A stretch of DNA of 62,687 nt, filler included, from Rhabdomonas costata (GCA_019059605.1; 37 parts of 37 records of this genome joined end to end with filler, not necessarily neighbours in it); one strand, 5' to 3'. Counted from the whole stretch's first letter, positions 1 through 11,763 are shown. A program made the numbers and translations. The notes: generated by a model from the sequence alone, not told the origin.

Positions 1-433
1 GGGTTGTGTGGCAATTGTCCCACTCAATGAGGGGCCGAGTAAACTGCTTTTGCGTTTTATGCCAGGTAAAACCCTGGCAGCGCTCTTGTTTTGACTACCC
101 TTGTCCTGACCGTCCACCCGGTGGGCTGGTTTTTGAGCTTTTACCAGCCGTGGCGGTGTGCATGTACTTTTCACATGTGTGTTGCACGTTCACTCGTTCT
201 GTGGTGAATTTTTCTCTGCTCTAATTTCAGTTGTTGTGTACGATGACCAGAGTATGGGGAGATGGTGTTGGTTTGAGTCTCGTTGCAGAGGAGGGTTTGG
301 GTTTGTTCAAGCTTACTGTTTTTCAATATTCACAATAATTGAAAAATGGACGAAAATTGTTGGCATCAGGTGGGGAGGACAGTTATTCATCAACATCAAG
401 GCATTCTTCTCTATTACCCTGAGGTCCCCGTAA

Positions 434-1295
434 CCGCGTAGCGGGGAGCGAACGAACAACGCATCTAGGGAGGAATGATGCGAGCGCAGCGAGCATCATG
501 ACGACCAGCATAAACCCTTCTTCTGAGTTAGAGGCTCCCCGTCGGGTCGCAGCCTTACACCCCTTGCGGGCCCCATGACCGTAGGGAATGGGGATAGTAG
601 GAGGGATGGCATCGAGGCACGAGATGACATCCCGACATCAAGGAATCCTGACGTCGAGAGGAACGAGCGGGTAGCGAGTGACGAACCGTGAACGGAAGCG
701 CGTAGCGGTGGAGTGAACCAGCATCAGAGGAAGGATGCGAATACCTGCAGCATCCTGACGTCTTGGTGAGGGAGCGTAAGCGTCTTAGGACGGTGGAGCG
801 ACCGAACCACGCATCTAGGAGGAAGGATACGAGCGCAGCGAGTATCCTGACGACAGCAAAGAACCCCCGGAGCATGCGAGGTACCGAGCATGCGACATCA
901 AGGCATTACTCTCCTGGTCGGCATGCCTCTCGGTCCCTCGAGTCACTCCTCCTCCTCCTCACCACTCACTCCACCACCATAAGGTGCCTACGTTCGGTCA
1001 TCTTTTCTTCTTCTCTTCTAGGGGCCCCACGAAACGCAGTGAGTGGGGATAGGAGGCATGAACGCAGTGAATGCCGACAAGAATACCCAAGAACAGGAGG
1101 AACGAGCGCAGCGAGTGACGACAAGACATTATTCTGTATCTGTGAATGCCCGTAACCGTGAAGCGGTGGAGGGCATGAACCATCACATTTAGGAGGAACG
1201 ACCGAAGGGAGTGACGACCTGGTAAACTAAGCGAGGAGCGCAGCGACGAAGCGTTAAAGAAAGGGGCCCCATGAACGCAGTGAATGGGGATAGCA
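434..1295 (+). repeat. Non-coding array of strand-specific hairpins (stem-GA-NC-GNA-GN-GA-stem)
   Basis: Examples: 475-499 ATGATGC-GA-GC-GCA-GC-GA-GCATCAT; 571-593 CCCCAT-GA-CC-GTA-GG-GA-ATGGGG; 824-848 AGGATAC-GA-GC-GCA-GC-GA-GTATCCT; 1055-1075 GGCAT-GA-AC-GCA-GT-GA-ATGCC; 1267-1289 CCCCAT-GA-AC-GCA-GT-GA-ATGGGG. Confidence 0.9.
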
Positions 1296-1595
1296 TCATG
1301 TATACGTGTCACTCCGCTCTCATGATGGTCCCTTCACTTCCCTCAGGGCCCATCATGTTCACTCCGTCCGGGCGTAGCCATGCAGAATACCTAACTCAGG
1401 GTTCAGCTTACACCTTAGCCCTTACGTTGGGTTCATACATTGGGTTAGCGTAGGATTAGCCGTTACATTAGCATCAGGTATTACCCTTAGGCTTATGCTT
1501 AGCGTATTCCTAACGCATTGCCCTTCGATGCATAGGGTTAGCGTACCACCATGAGGCATTGGCGTTACCCTACTGCATCAACCACACCAAAACCC

Positions 1596-1695
1596 NNNNN
1601 NNNNNNNNNNNNNNNNNNNNNNNNNNNNNNNNNNNNNNNTTAATTAATTAANNNNNNNNNNNNNNNNNNNNNNNNNNNNNNNNNNNNNNNNNNNN
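1596..1695. other. Artificial contig spacer N44-TTAATTAATTAA-N44 (first of 36, recurring about every 1.7 kb)
   Basis: The same 100-nt linker recurs throughout. Its core gives stops in all six frames, and the flanking contigs are all about 1.59-1.60 kb, as expected for a length-sorted concatenation. Confidence 0.99.
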
Positions 1696-2314
1696 AAGTG
1701 TAGGTGTGACCCACCAGCGCGATCAGCTCCAGCTGCAAGGCAAGCCTTGGGATGGGGATGGGGGGTGGGTGGAAAGCAACAGAAGGCACGAGGTGGGCAG
1801 TGACACAAACCCATACGGAGGTCTCCTTTGGCAGTAACACCCGGTATCGTCATTGCTGCTATGCTGTGAACACGGTTGATGCCAAGGTTGATGTCAAGGT
1901 TTGCGCTGTTAGTAGGCCGAGGGGAGCGAACAGAGTGAGTGAAATTATAGTGCTCGCTAAAGGTTGATTTTGTCGGGGGCTGACGGCGCAGTGAAGTGTT
2001 CTTTCGTTTAGGAAGCGCGAGAAAACAACCGATCGGAGGCAAAAAAAAACCACCAACCTCTGTAGAGCATCCTAACGACTAACGACCGCAACAAGGTGGG
2101 ATATACTGTATGTTCCGATGTGAAGAAAGCGTTACTGGAACATGAATCACAGAGTTAAAAGGGCGATATGGAGTACACAAAAAAACCTCAGCAGAGGGTA
2201 TTTATTTGGCATAGCTGCACTATGCTCGGCATACAAAGGAATACGAAGGATCACGGTAGTCCAAACTCCTTGATATACTGTAAAAGTAAGAGTAACATGG
2301 CTGTAAAGTGGAGG

Positions 2315-2360
2315 TAGGCATCGCTCCTTAACCCTATAAAACTTGCTGGGGGGGACCCCG
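2315..2360 (-). mobile_element. Second copy of the putative Merlin-like terminal sequence
   Basis: Minus-strand CCCCCCCAGCAAGTTTTATAGGGTTAAGGAGCGATGCCT aligns with CCCCCCCAGCAACTTTCCCTAGGGTTAGGGTGCGGTGCCT at about 6638-6677. Confidence 0.5.
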
Positions 2361-3730
2361 AGCCGGCTCCGTATGCGCATAGCGTAAGTGTAAGGTAAAT
2401 ACGTTCATCCAAAGTGTGCCGGGTTAGTGCAGAAGCGCCATTTATTTGAGCCGTATTCGAAGAGTACGGCACAAACTCGCAATAGGACCTGGAGGAGGTG
2501 CTCGCATGCTCGGCGCGAGACAGCAGCTCCGAGCACAACGTGTCGCAGCGCATCAGTACCCCCATTGCCTGTGCCAAAAGGGCGAGGGTCAACATAATTT
2601 TGCGAAACCATGCTGCAGACACCGCCTCGTAATTATATCCGTCCACCTTTTGGAGGGCGGAGCACCACGCCAGCGGTTTATTTCTTGTCAGATAACGGTT
2701 ACCAACTTTTCTTTCAACAAAACCTTGCCATACATCTCTACTTTGGAGATGGAGAAGCGGGCTGGAGTAGCGGGCTGGCACACAGTATTCCAGGGATTTG
2801 CAGCTGAAGTACCTGCTCAATAGAGCGCACCACGACGGGCAGGCTATTGAGGTTGGCGATGGTGGGCATTTGGGGCTCAAAGCTGCGACCTGCGTAGCGC
2901 TCCACGCTGTCCTCCCGAAGCAGCAGGCCCAGCCCAGAGAAGGGAGGGCCTGCAGTGGTCTCCGATGCTGAAGCAAAACGAAGCATCACAAAAAAGGTGC
3001 ATGTGCCACACCCCTCAAAACCTGAATTATACCGGTGCGTAATGCAAGACTCTGATGTCCAACAAACCATCGTGCATACTACCGACCGAACCGCGTGTCC
3101 AAATGAGCCCATCCGATGGGAAGTCCGCAGGGAAGAACACAATTTGTGCTCACCAATTTCAGCCAAGCCCACAACAACCCAACAGCCACAGTCCACTTCA
3201 CACCACAAGCACAAGCACCGCATTGACCCACACACCACGCCGCGACACCCAACGCCAAGACCCACAGACCACAGCAGAACAGCAGCACATCCGNNNNNNN
3301 NNNNNNNNNNNNNNNNNNNNNNNNNNNNNNNNNNNNNTTAATTAATTAANNNNNNNNNNNNNNNNNNNNNNNNNNNNNNNNNNNNNNNNNNNNGTTTTGT
3401 GGGGGCTTCTGATTTCTGACCTGTATATTTTAAACATCGCGCTTGTGTGGGCTATGCAGTATCGTGGCTGGTTGTTGGTGTTTTGGAAGAAGTTCAAGTG
3501 ATCAGTTTCGTTTTTATCTGTCTTCCGCCCCTGAACTTTCCCTGCACTGGCTCCTCTGCACCTTAGATGTCGCTGAAGGTGCAGTTCAAAGCCTCCGCAG
3601 AATTTCGCCGAATTGGTGTTCTGGCTAGTTCCACCTACAACGAGATCTTGGCGATTCTGAAGGAGGAGTTCGGGTTTTTTTTTGGTGGTTTTGCATATGT
3701 TGATCAGGTATGCCGGCGAGGACTCTGAGC

Positions 3731-4703
3731 CTTTGTCGTGGAGGTACTGCAGCCCCTCAAGCACCTGCCCCAGATAATTTCGGCACCTCCCGGTGTCGAT
3801 CTTACCCGCCCATTTCAAGACGTCGTCCAAAGAGCCGCTCAACCGCTCCATCACAATCAGCTGCTGCGATGGAAGGTCAATCACGTCGTACAGGTGGACT
3901 ATGTGGTGGTGCTGGATCCGCTGCAACGTTCTCGCCTATTTTTCGAGTAAAGGCAACAAACGCCAATGAAGCAACAAGGAATCCCATGACGTGTACCTGC
4001 TGCTGTGGGATTACTTTCGGGCTTTGGGATGGGCGTCCTCGCCTTTTTGGGGTTGTTTGTGAATTCAAGATGACAGCAAGAAACCTCGCAAATAGCCAAA
4101 CGCTGCCTTTCCATGCTTTTGAGGCACAAAGACACCAAAAACATCAAAGAGAAACCTTGAAATTTGATCTTTTAGGCTGCCAGAAAGCGTGGATTCCGTG
4201 GATTCAGAACAATTTTTCGAAGTCTGAAATCGTAAACATTACTGTACAGCGAGCAATCTAACTTTTGTAAAGAAAACGGGAAACGAATACGTTTTCGTAC
4301 TGGCTGCAGGGAGGGAAGGTCGGAGCCACAAAAAGGAAGCAAATCCAGTTCCAGCGAGAAATGAGAGAACGCCCAACAAAAGGGTGCTTTTGCCATGGTC
4401 ATGGACAACGAGACAACCAAACGGCACGCCCAGCACCTCTCGCAGATGAATCGTACGGTCACTCCACCCGGCCACCTCCTTGATGGCCACCTGGATCCCG
4501 CGCGTCTTCTCCATCCCAGGGTACACGACACCGTACGCCCCCCTTCCAAGCACCTCCTGACCAAGCACGTAGACTCGACCCTCTGAACCCTTCACCTCCC
4601 GCTGGGTCATGTACAACGCGAGCACATCCGGGGAGTCAGTGCCGAGTGTGCTCGCAGAGGAGAGTCTTCGAAAAGTGGAACAGGGCTCGCCGTCCGCCGA
4701 CAT
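3731..4703 (-). CDS. Ser/Thr protein kinase, N-terminal two exons (4703-4437, 3935-3731), partial
   Basis: GT-AG splicing gives LGRGAYGVVY...VAIKEVAGWSDRTIHLRE|ARTLQRIQHHHIVHLYDV...LEGLQYLHDK(G), covering subdomains I-VIa. The HRD exon is not in the contig. Confidence 0.92.
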
Positions 4704-5219
4704 CTGGGAGGTGGAAGAGCCTTCTGTGGAAAGATGATGGAAAATAGAAGCTCTGAGTAGGGTCACGGGAATGAAACACACACGCACACAAACAACCACA
4801 AAATCAAAAAAGGCAAACACAGGTGCTGCAGCGGGAAAAGAGAACGAAGTGGTGGCACACGCTCCGTTCACATAGCATGGATACTGGTATGAACGGCTTT
4901 CCTCAACAGGGCCTCCAAGACTTAATTTGCACCACATTCAGGCAGAAAAAACAAGCTGCAATTTCTGCATCACTAGTGCCAACCACAACCCNNNNNNNNN
5001 NNNNNNNNNNNNNNNNNNNNNNNNNNNNNNNNNNNTTAATTAATTAANNNNNNNNNNNNNNNNNNNNNNNNNNNNNNNNNNNNNNNNNNNNTTTGTGTGG
5101 GAAGACGTCTCTGAACTCCTCGCCAATATTTTGTAATTCCTGCAAGCTTGCCAGCAGGTGCGGAAAAGACATTGATTGGTCTCATCCTACACCACTTTCC
5201 AAAGTTGAGAACAGCATGT

Positions 5220-6055
5220 TCACAAAACATGCCACCGCACCTGTACCAGAGGAGATCACTAAACTTGTAGAGGAGTTCAGAGACGTCTTCCCAGACAAGC
5301 TTCAAGCCGTATTTTCCACGTGCAGATGAACATATTACAAATTGACATTGAACTCAGTACGAAGCCGCATGCCTACCGGTTGTACCGGATGTCTCACATT
5401 GATCAGAAGGATGTCCGGAAGCAACTAGACGAGGTATAATCCCACCTTCTTTGAGTCTATTCGGAGAGATCGTCCTGCTAATGGAAAAGAATGACAAGTC
5501 CAGTTGAATGGTCATTGATTACCGTGTCCTAAATTGAATCGCTGTCAAGAACACGTGCCCGCTGGTGAGGACTGATGATATGCTGTAAAGTTTAGATTCG
5601 AATCCGCGCCTAAGACAAGCACAAGACATCATTCCAATTCGATTAACCAATCCAATACACATTCCAGAGAACAATTGACGTTGCATTTGACGACGTGGCG
5701 TACTTCACCGACATGTACATGTACGCTGACTAAATTGGTGTCTTTTATGAAACCTTTAAGTAGCATTTTAACCGCATACGGCGAGTCCTGGACCGCATCC
5801 TCCGAGAGCAACTCTTTTGAATCTGAAGATGCGCTCTTTTGCACAGCCGTAAATCTAATTCTTTGGTTACATCTTTTGCATCGGATCCGCCAAGTTCCGG
5901 AAAAATTGCAGTCAATCTCGGAGTGGCCAGCCACCCGGAATGTCAAAAACAACAGAAGTTTTCGTGGACTTTGGGGCTTGTACCATCGGTTTTTCCCGCA
6001 GTTTGCAACGGTGGTTACCCCTCACAAATTTGCTGGTGAAGAAGAATCCGTGGCA
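5220..6055 (+). mobile_element. Ty3/gypsy LTR retrotransposon pol (RT) remnant with stops and frameshifts
   Basis: Fragments LVEEFRDVFPDKL, MVIDYRVLN, TFQRTIDVAF and ISEWPATRNVKNNRSFRGLWGLYHRFFPQFA occur in gypsy RT order. Confidence 0.88.
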
Positions 6056-6274
6056 CATAACAGCCAAAAAGCAAGCGGCATACCTTTACTTGTACGTAAC
6101 AGAGAAAATGGTGAGTAAGTAACTAAAAACAACCATCCTTGATGCACAACAGTAGCAAAATGAAATGGTCATAGTCCTTTTCTAAGTTCCTTTGCCACTG
6201 TAACTCCTTCACACAGCTCTCTAATTTGTCAGCGGAGCAACCACCACGAGCTCTGAGAAAGGTTTTCAAGTTTC

Positions 6275-6680
6275 CCCAGTAGTTGATACAGTAGTAGCAC
6301 CATAGCCAAGCATATGCTCAGCTCTAACACCGGCAGAGTTGTGCGCCCAGATATAAGTTAGGTGCAGCCACTACTTCAAAGACAGATGACAACCCTCCAG
6401 GATGCCGTCGCTCTTGCCATATATCTTCATGTTACAAGAACGGTCAGAGCATCTCCTGTACGATTGACACCGATCCGTATACCACTTAACACCCACAGGC
6501 TCGCCACAAGAACAAGTCTTCACGGAAACCAGCACTCCATACTTGATTAATAAAGCCCTCAATTTCTTCTCATCACCACACAACTCTTGCAAGTCAAAGA
6601 GGGTAAACATAGCTGAAAAGAGCATAAACGAGGGTAAAGGCACCGCACCCTAACCCTAGGAAAGTTGCTGGGGGGGATCT
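6275..6680 (-). mobile_element. Merlin/IS1595-like DNA transposon 5' end: terminal sequence plus N-terminal Zn-ribbon, pseudogenised
   Basis: KTCSCG...RRCSDRSC...SDGILEGCHLSLK*WLHLTYIWAH...LGYGATTV resembles the N-terminus of Merlin transposases. There is one in-frame stop and no DDE domain. Confidence 0.6.
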
Positions 6681-8823
6681 ACCACAACCNNNNNNNNNNN
6701 NNNNNNNNNNNNNNNNNNNNNNNNNNNNNNNNNTTAATTAATTAANNNNNNNNNNNNNNNNNNNNNNNNNNNNNNNNNNNNNNNNNNNNTGGTGCTTCCA
6801 GTTTTTCTTGACCGCTGTCCCTAAAAGACCTTCACGTCAACAATTCGTCGAGGACGTGGTGTGTTCTTTTAGGGACAGCGGTCAAGAAAAACTGGAAGCA
6901 CCTTTCAACTCCCGCTAGAATGCAACTCTTGCGCTTTGGAAAACTAGCGGTGGTCCCAGAGGTATGGACGGCACTAGTAGGACGATTTAAATCCAGACTA
7001 GTCAAGCGAAGTAGAAAAATAATGGAACAAAGGTACAATCTGGTGGTGTTGTGCACTCAGGGCGAGCTGTGTGACAATTGTGAATGGCGTTGTCGCCGAC
7101 GAAGTGGCAAGCATTTTGGTGCTTTTACCGCGCAAATACAATTGGAGAAATACCAAATCCTGCCAAAACTGTACCTGTGTAGTTCCGGGGATCCGTTGAT
7201 GCAGTTTCTGAACATGCGCACACCTTTTTTGCAATTCTCCACTTCATCTCATTAGGTGCATGATAGTGAAGAGGAGGAGGAGGAGGGCGCGGGGGACGTG
7301 TTCTCGATGATGAAGTCCGAGCAATGAGCATCCTGCTTCCACCGCCCGCTTCCCGTCCGAAAGCGTCGGTGGTTGCATTTGCTGTCTGTTTGTTTTCACG
7401 TGTGGTGCCTTTTTCGTGTTGTTTGTTTCCCTCTGCTGGGAGTGTAAAAATCATCATTTCTGTTTCACCCCACACCTCATTTCATGTCTGTGCATGACGA
7501 TTACTGCTTGTAAGAGACTGTGTGCTTGTTGATTGTGCTACCGGCGTGCTGAGGAAGAAATTGGATCGTCCAAAAAATGACACAGATGTTCGTGTACAAT
7601 CTTAAGTCATTACGATCTGGCGTGCTAAAGGTATGAGAAATATCCTATCACATACCGGGTGTTCCATTTATAATGGACCAATATGATGTTTGAGTTAAAT
7701 TCGCCGGTTTCATTATCAGTCTGATCGGTTTCCAGTAAGCAGGTACTTGATTGCTATTTCTTATTTGAGTATGTGGCGGGATAGTGCAGTGAATACGGAG
7801 AAGGACACGGAAACTTCAGTTTCAGTATACAGATGAAAGTTACAGATACGTCCGAGAATTGACAATGACGAAGTAGAGTGGTCTCCAGGTGTCCTCCGTG
7901 AACGCGGAGGCACTCGCGAGCCCGAACCCTGACGTTGTCGATGGCGTTGCGGAGAGCGGAGACAGGGAGGCTGACCCACTCCGCTTCGAGGTGGCCCCAA
8001 GCACGCTACCTTCATGCCGAAAGGTCTCCACCCGCCTCATAAGGGTGTGCTGTACAGGAGTTGCCCGTCGGCCCCACTCCCGAGCAAATGGAAAAAAGGA
8101 CACAGAAAATAAAAAAGTCCCCCCAAAGAAAAAAGAAAGAAACAGTCTGAATCAATGAAAAAATGTGGTCTTTGCAATCAACAGCAGAAAAAAACACTCA
8201 ACCTGTTCTGGAAGAACGACTCCGGCTCTCGGCGGCGCGTTTGGCACGTGTGACAAGGAATTCTGCGTACAGCTTGGCGTAATGCGGATCTTTCAGGCCC
8301 TCCTCCTGCATCCCACGTGGACAAGAGAGAGAGAGAGAGCGAAGTGACGAGAGAACAAAAAACCCAACTGTCCCTAAGTAAAAAAAACCNNNNNNNNNNN
8401 NNNNNNNNNNNNNNNNNNNNNNNNNNNNNNNNNTTAATTAATTAANNNNNNNNNNNNNNNNNNNNNNNNNNNNNNNNNNNNNNNNNNNNCGTCTCACTCA
8501 TGCAAGAGTTATTTTCGGTCTTGGTGTTGGGAATTGAGAGAGTTGGCCTCGTGTCCACTTCCTGTGGGCCTACTTTGTTGTCTTGGTCTTCATGATAGGT
8601 TTCTTGCGAGGTTTCCTGTTTCCACTCAAATCTTTTGTGCCTGCTGGATGCGTCAATCATCAAGAGTGCTCTCTTTGAAAAATCCACGTTTGAGGGTTGC
8701 TCGTCATCTTGGATTCGCTATTCTCCGAACTTTAGTTCCGCAGTGCTCTCATTGGCGAGGTTTGTTAAAAAAAAAAACTTCGGCTAAAACGCCACGACCT
8801 AACGCAGCCTCAGGCACACAGAC

Positions 8824-9869
8824 CTGCAGCTCCCGTTCTCGTGGCAAAGCAGGCGCTGTGGCGGACAGAAACGCCTCCGCAGTGGCAAAAAGGAAACCTG
8901 GCTCAACGTTCTGCACGTCCTGAGGGAGGGGTAGGTGGTCAGGGTGCCATTTCACTCCATTTCACTCCATGCATGGCACTGCATCACTGTTCGGTGAACA
9001 AAAATGGTGAGCACCACGTTTACAACAAGCACACAGACACAGCAAACACAGGCCGGTTGGGTTGGTGTTAAAGAGGAGAAAACTCGCGCAGTGCGCAAGT
9101 TTTCGGTCTCTAAACGGTCTCTAAACGCAATAAATAAATAAAAATAATCAGAGCAAAATGGACATGGCGGCAGAGAGGAACGGAAACCACAACACAGACA
9201 CAGCCTCAGAGAAGGCGAGAAAGAAACGCAAGCCAGGACGGGAGACGCAAGACAGAAAGGCCTGACAAGCGAGCGAGCGTGGTGTATGCTCAACTCCATT
9301 CAACTGGCGTTTCGCCGCCTTTCCTCTTATCATGACAAACTTGTCCTCCTGTTTTGGAACCCCGAAAAGTGCGAAAAAAAATGGTGCTTGCTGGAAGAAC
9401 TCTGCATTGACGCACCACAGCATCCTTGCTGCCCTGCGCCTTCTTTCGCCGTCGCTCCCGGCGGTCCAGGATCTCGTCGATCTTTTTAAAGCTGGTGTCG
9501 GTCAGCGCTAGGTAGATAAGCCGGTCAACCTCCTGGCGCACCAATGCAAGGCATGCAAAGAAAAGAAGTGAGCCAGCAAACGCTTAACGCGCAAGCCAAA
9601 AAAACGCGCATTCACCAAAAAGAAGTCAAGGAAAATGTTAAATGCGACCCTAGAGCTTCTTTCCCCGACGTGAACTGGGGTTGAGGTTGTGCCACCTGTC
9701 CAGCCGAAGCTACGTAGGAGTTCTGCTGCTTCTTCCGGACCGCCGTGAGAGCCCCTGGGAGCGCCGGGGTTCCTGTGGTGGGTCTGCTGGAGGGAATGGA
9801 GGGTGCCAGGCGCGACGGCTTCTCCGAGGAAAACACGGGCATTCTGTCCAGGTACTGCTTCCGCGCTTT
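8824..9869 (-). CDS. Hypothetical protein, at least three internal exons
   Basis: GC-rich exon-like segments after AG acceptors: KARKQYLDRMP...SAGQ, EVDRLIYLALTDTSFKKIDEILDRRERRRKK and DVQNVEPGFLF...RELQ. No family recognised. Confidence 0.55.
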
Positions 9870-10450
9870 CTGCGCACACAAAAAGGGAGGGCAAAGATCC
9901 GTGTTTTCGTTTCGTCTCATCACCAAGTGCTGGCAATACACAGTGGCACCAATAAAAAATAAACATTTCATCACCTTTCATGCTCGCCAGTGAACGGTAA
10001 AGCACCCAAAAATGCAGCGGAAAACACAAGACGGAAAAGTTTTTTTTTGAAAAACAAAAAAAGAGTGAACAAAAAACANNNNNNNNNNNNNNNNNNNNNN
10101 NNNNNNNNNNNNNNNNNNNNNNTTAATTAATTAANNNNNNNNNNNNNNNNNNNNNNNNNNNNNNNNNNNNNNNNNNNNGTGGTGGGTGTGTTTGGTTGGG
10201 GGTGGCAGCGGTTGTTAATTTGGCCTTGTAGTGAGATGCCCCACCCCCAAAGAAACAGTTGCTTCATAACAGCTAATGCAATTCCAGAGATCCTGAAAGG
10301 TGGAACTCTGCAAGTGGAACTTTGGAAAAACCACATGAAAATGTGTTATTTCTGCACCGGCGTTCGTTTTCCTGCAGATACTGGAACTGGGTGATGCGTG
10401 CATGCGTGATGTGCGTGATGTGTTTGCTCAGTCCCTGTGCCTCCCCCGAG

Positions 10451-11303
10451 CGGCGTGCAGAGCGCCCGGCGGAGGTTCGTGGCGGAGCAGCAGCGGGCGG
10501 TGTTCTCGGCCGTGCCCCCGCCCACTGGTGTGGTGACCTTCGTGTTCACGGACGTGCAGAACTCCACGAAGCTCTGGGAGGAGTGCACCGAGGGCATGAT
10601 GGAGGCCATACACACCCACAACACCAAGCTCCGCGAGCTCCTGGAGGTCCACGCGGGCTATGAGGTAACGGAGTGGATTGCGGGGGGGGGGCGCTTCCTG
10701 TTGTGAGGGGCTTTTGCGGGTGCGGGCCTGAGTGCAACCTCCTGAGCTTTCCTTTTTGAGGAGGTGTGTTGGGGACGTTAATCGGTTTTCGGTTTAATCG
10801 TTTTGCACCACAACTCACCCCGAATTCGCCGCACCCAATGTACAGCATGCTGGTGGTTGTTAGCAGACCGAAATCTTGCATATGACAACATACAGAAACG
10901 CCGCAAACAAACAGACATGACTGTCAAAGAAAAAGACGAGCTGGCCGCGAAAAAAAATAAAAGATGATGGGAAGGAACTTTTCCATCTTGGAGCTTGGGG
11001 ATCGTTCTCTTTACAAACATATTCACTGTCCTAGTGACCCAACCCAAGGGGATTGTTCTCTATGCGTAGAAAGCGTGGTACGAAAGGCAGCTGGCCAGAC
11101 GCTTGAAGATGGGCGCCAACTGGCCGAGGTGCAGGTGGAAGGTTCCTTGCTAGATTTGAGCACTGTCTGCGGGGTGGCGGGATATTTTCACAGGTCAAGA
11201 CAGAGGGGGATGCCTTCATGGTCACGTTCGGGGACCCCCTATGCGCTTTGCGATGGTGTGTGGAAGCCCAGCAGCAACTGCTGACCTTGGAATACCCTGA
11301 CAG
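10451..11303 (+). CDS. Class III adenylate cyclase catalytic domain (kinetoplastid receptor-type-like), exons about 10451-10664 and 11194-11303, partial
   Basis: Spliced PPTGVVTFVFTDVQNSTKLWE...HNTKLRELLEVHAGYE|VKTEGDAFMVTF...AQQQLL. Both metal-binding Asp residues are present and the intron is a phase-0 GT-AG. Confidence 0.95.
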
Positions 11304-11677
11304 GTGCAGCAGGACCGCCCCCCCCCCCCACAGGCGAATTCATACATACACATACACACAAGACTGGTGTCTGGGCTATGGCAAAGTAAGCGCTGATGTA
11401 GAACGAGCCGCACACAGAACATTCAGCTGGCAAACACACATACATAGGGAGTGCAGAAGAGCGGCGATGCACGGGAGGGAGGGGGGACGTCGCTGCAGGT
11501 TTGGGCTGTCCTGCAACAGAAAGGATGCAGCCTCGCCAACACCGTAGCGCCAGCGAGGAGTCCAACTCGAAGCGACAGGAGTGATGACAGCGCGGCACCC
11601 TGCGGACAAGTCAGGCCCAGTGGGGGGGGGCAACAGCAGCTACAACAGCATCCGTGCACGGATGCTGTTGGACGGAG

Positions 11678-11763
11678 CTAACCCTAACCCTAACCCTAAC
11701 CCTAACCCTAACCCTAACCGTAACCCTAACCCTTACCCTTACCCTTACCCTTACCCTAACCCT
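11678..11763 (+). repeat. Interstitial telomere-like tract (CCCTAA)n with CCCTTA and CCGTAA variants
   Basis: About 14 hexamer units read directly from the sequence. Confidence 0.95.

Noticed and set aside
555-1312. ORFs overlapping the hairpin array
   Set aside because: The Arg/Ser-rich translations with repeated SLRS-type peptides simply reflect the DNA motifs.
1381-1550. Hydrophobic stretch (VGFIHWVSVGLAVTLASGITLRLMLSVF) as a mitochondrial cob or nad module
   Set aside because: The resemblance is vague and no diagnostic residues are present. It would need an HMM search.
1640-1651. Regularly spaced TTAATTAATTAA as a CRISPR-like or biological repeat
   Set aside because: It sits inside N runs and is a synthetic six-frame-stop linker. 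ORFs ending in X...LIN are by-products of it.
2360-2976. 241-aa minus-strand ORF, possibly the C-terminus of a decayed retroelement RT
   Set aside because: It looks coding, but I cannot assign a motif with confidence. The same applies to faint TE-like traces at about 28900-29890, 43280-43900, 46000-46800 and 53000-54100.
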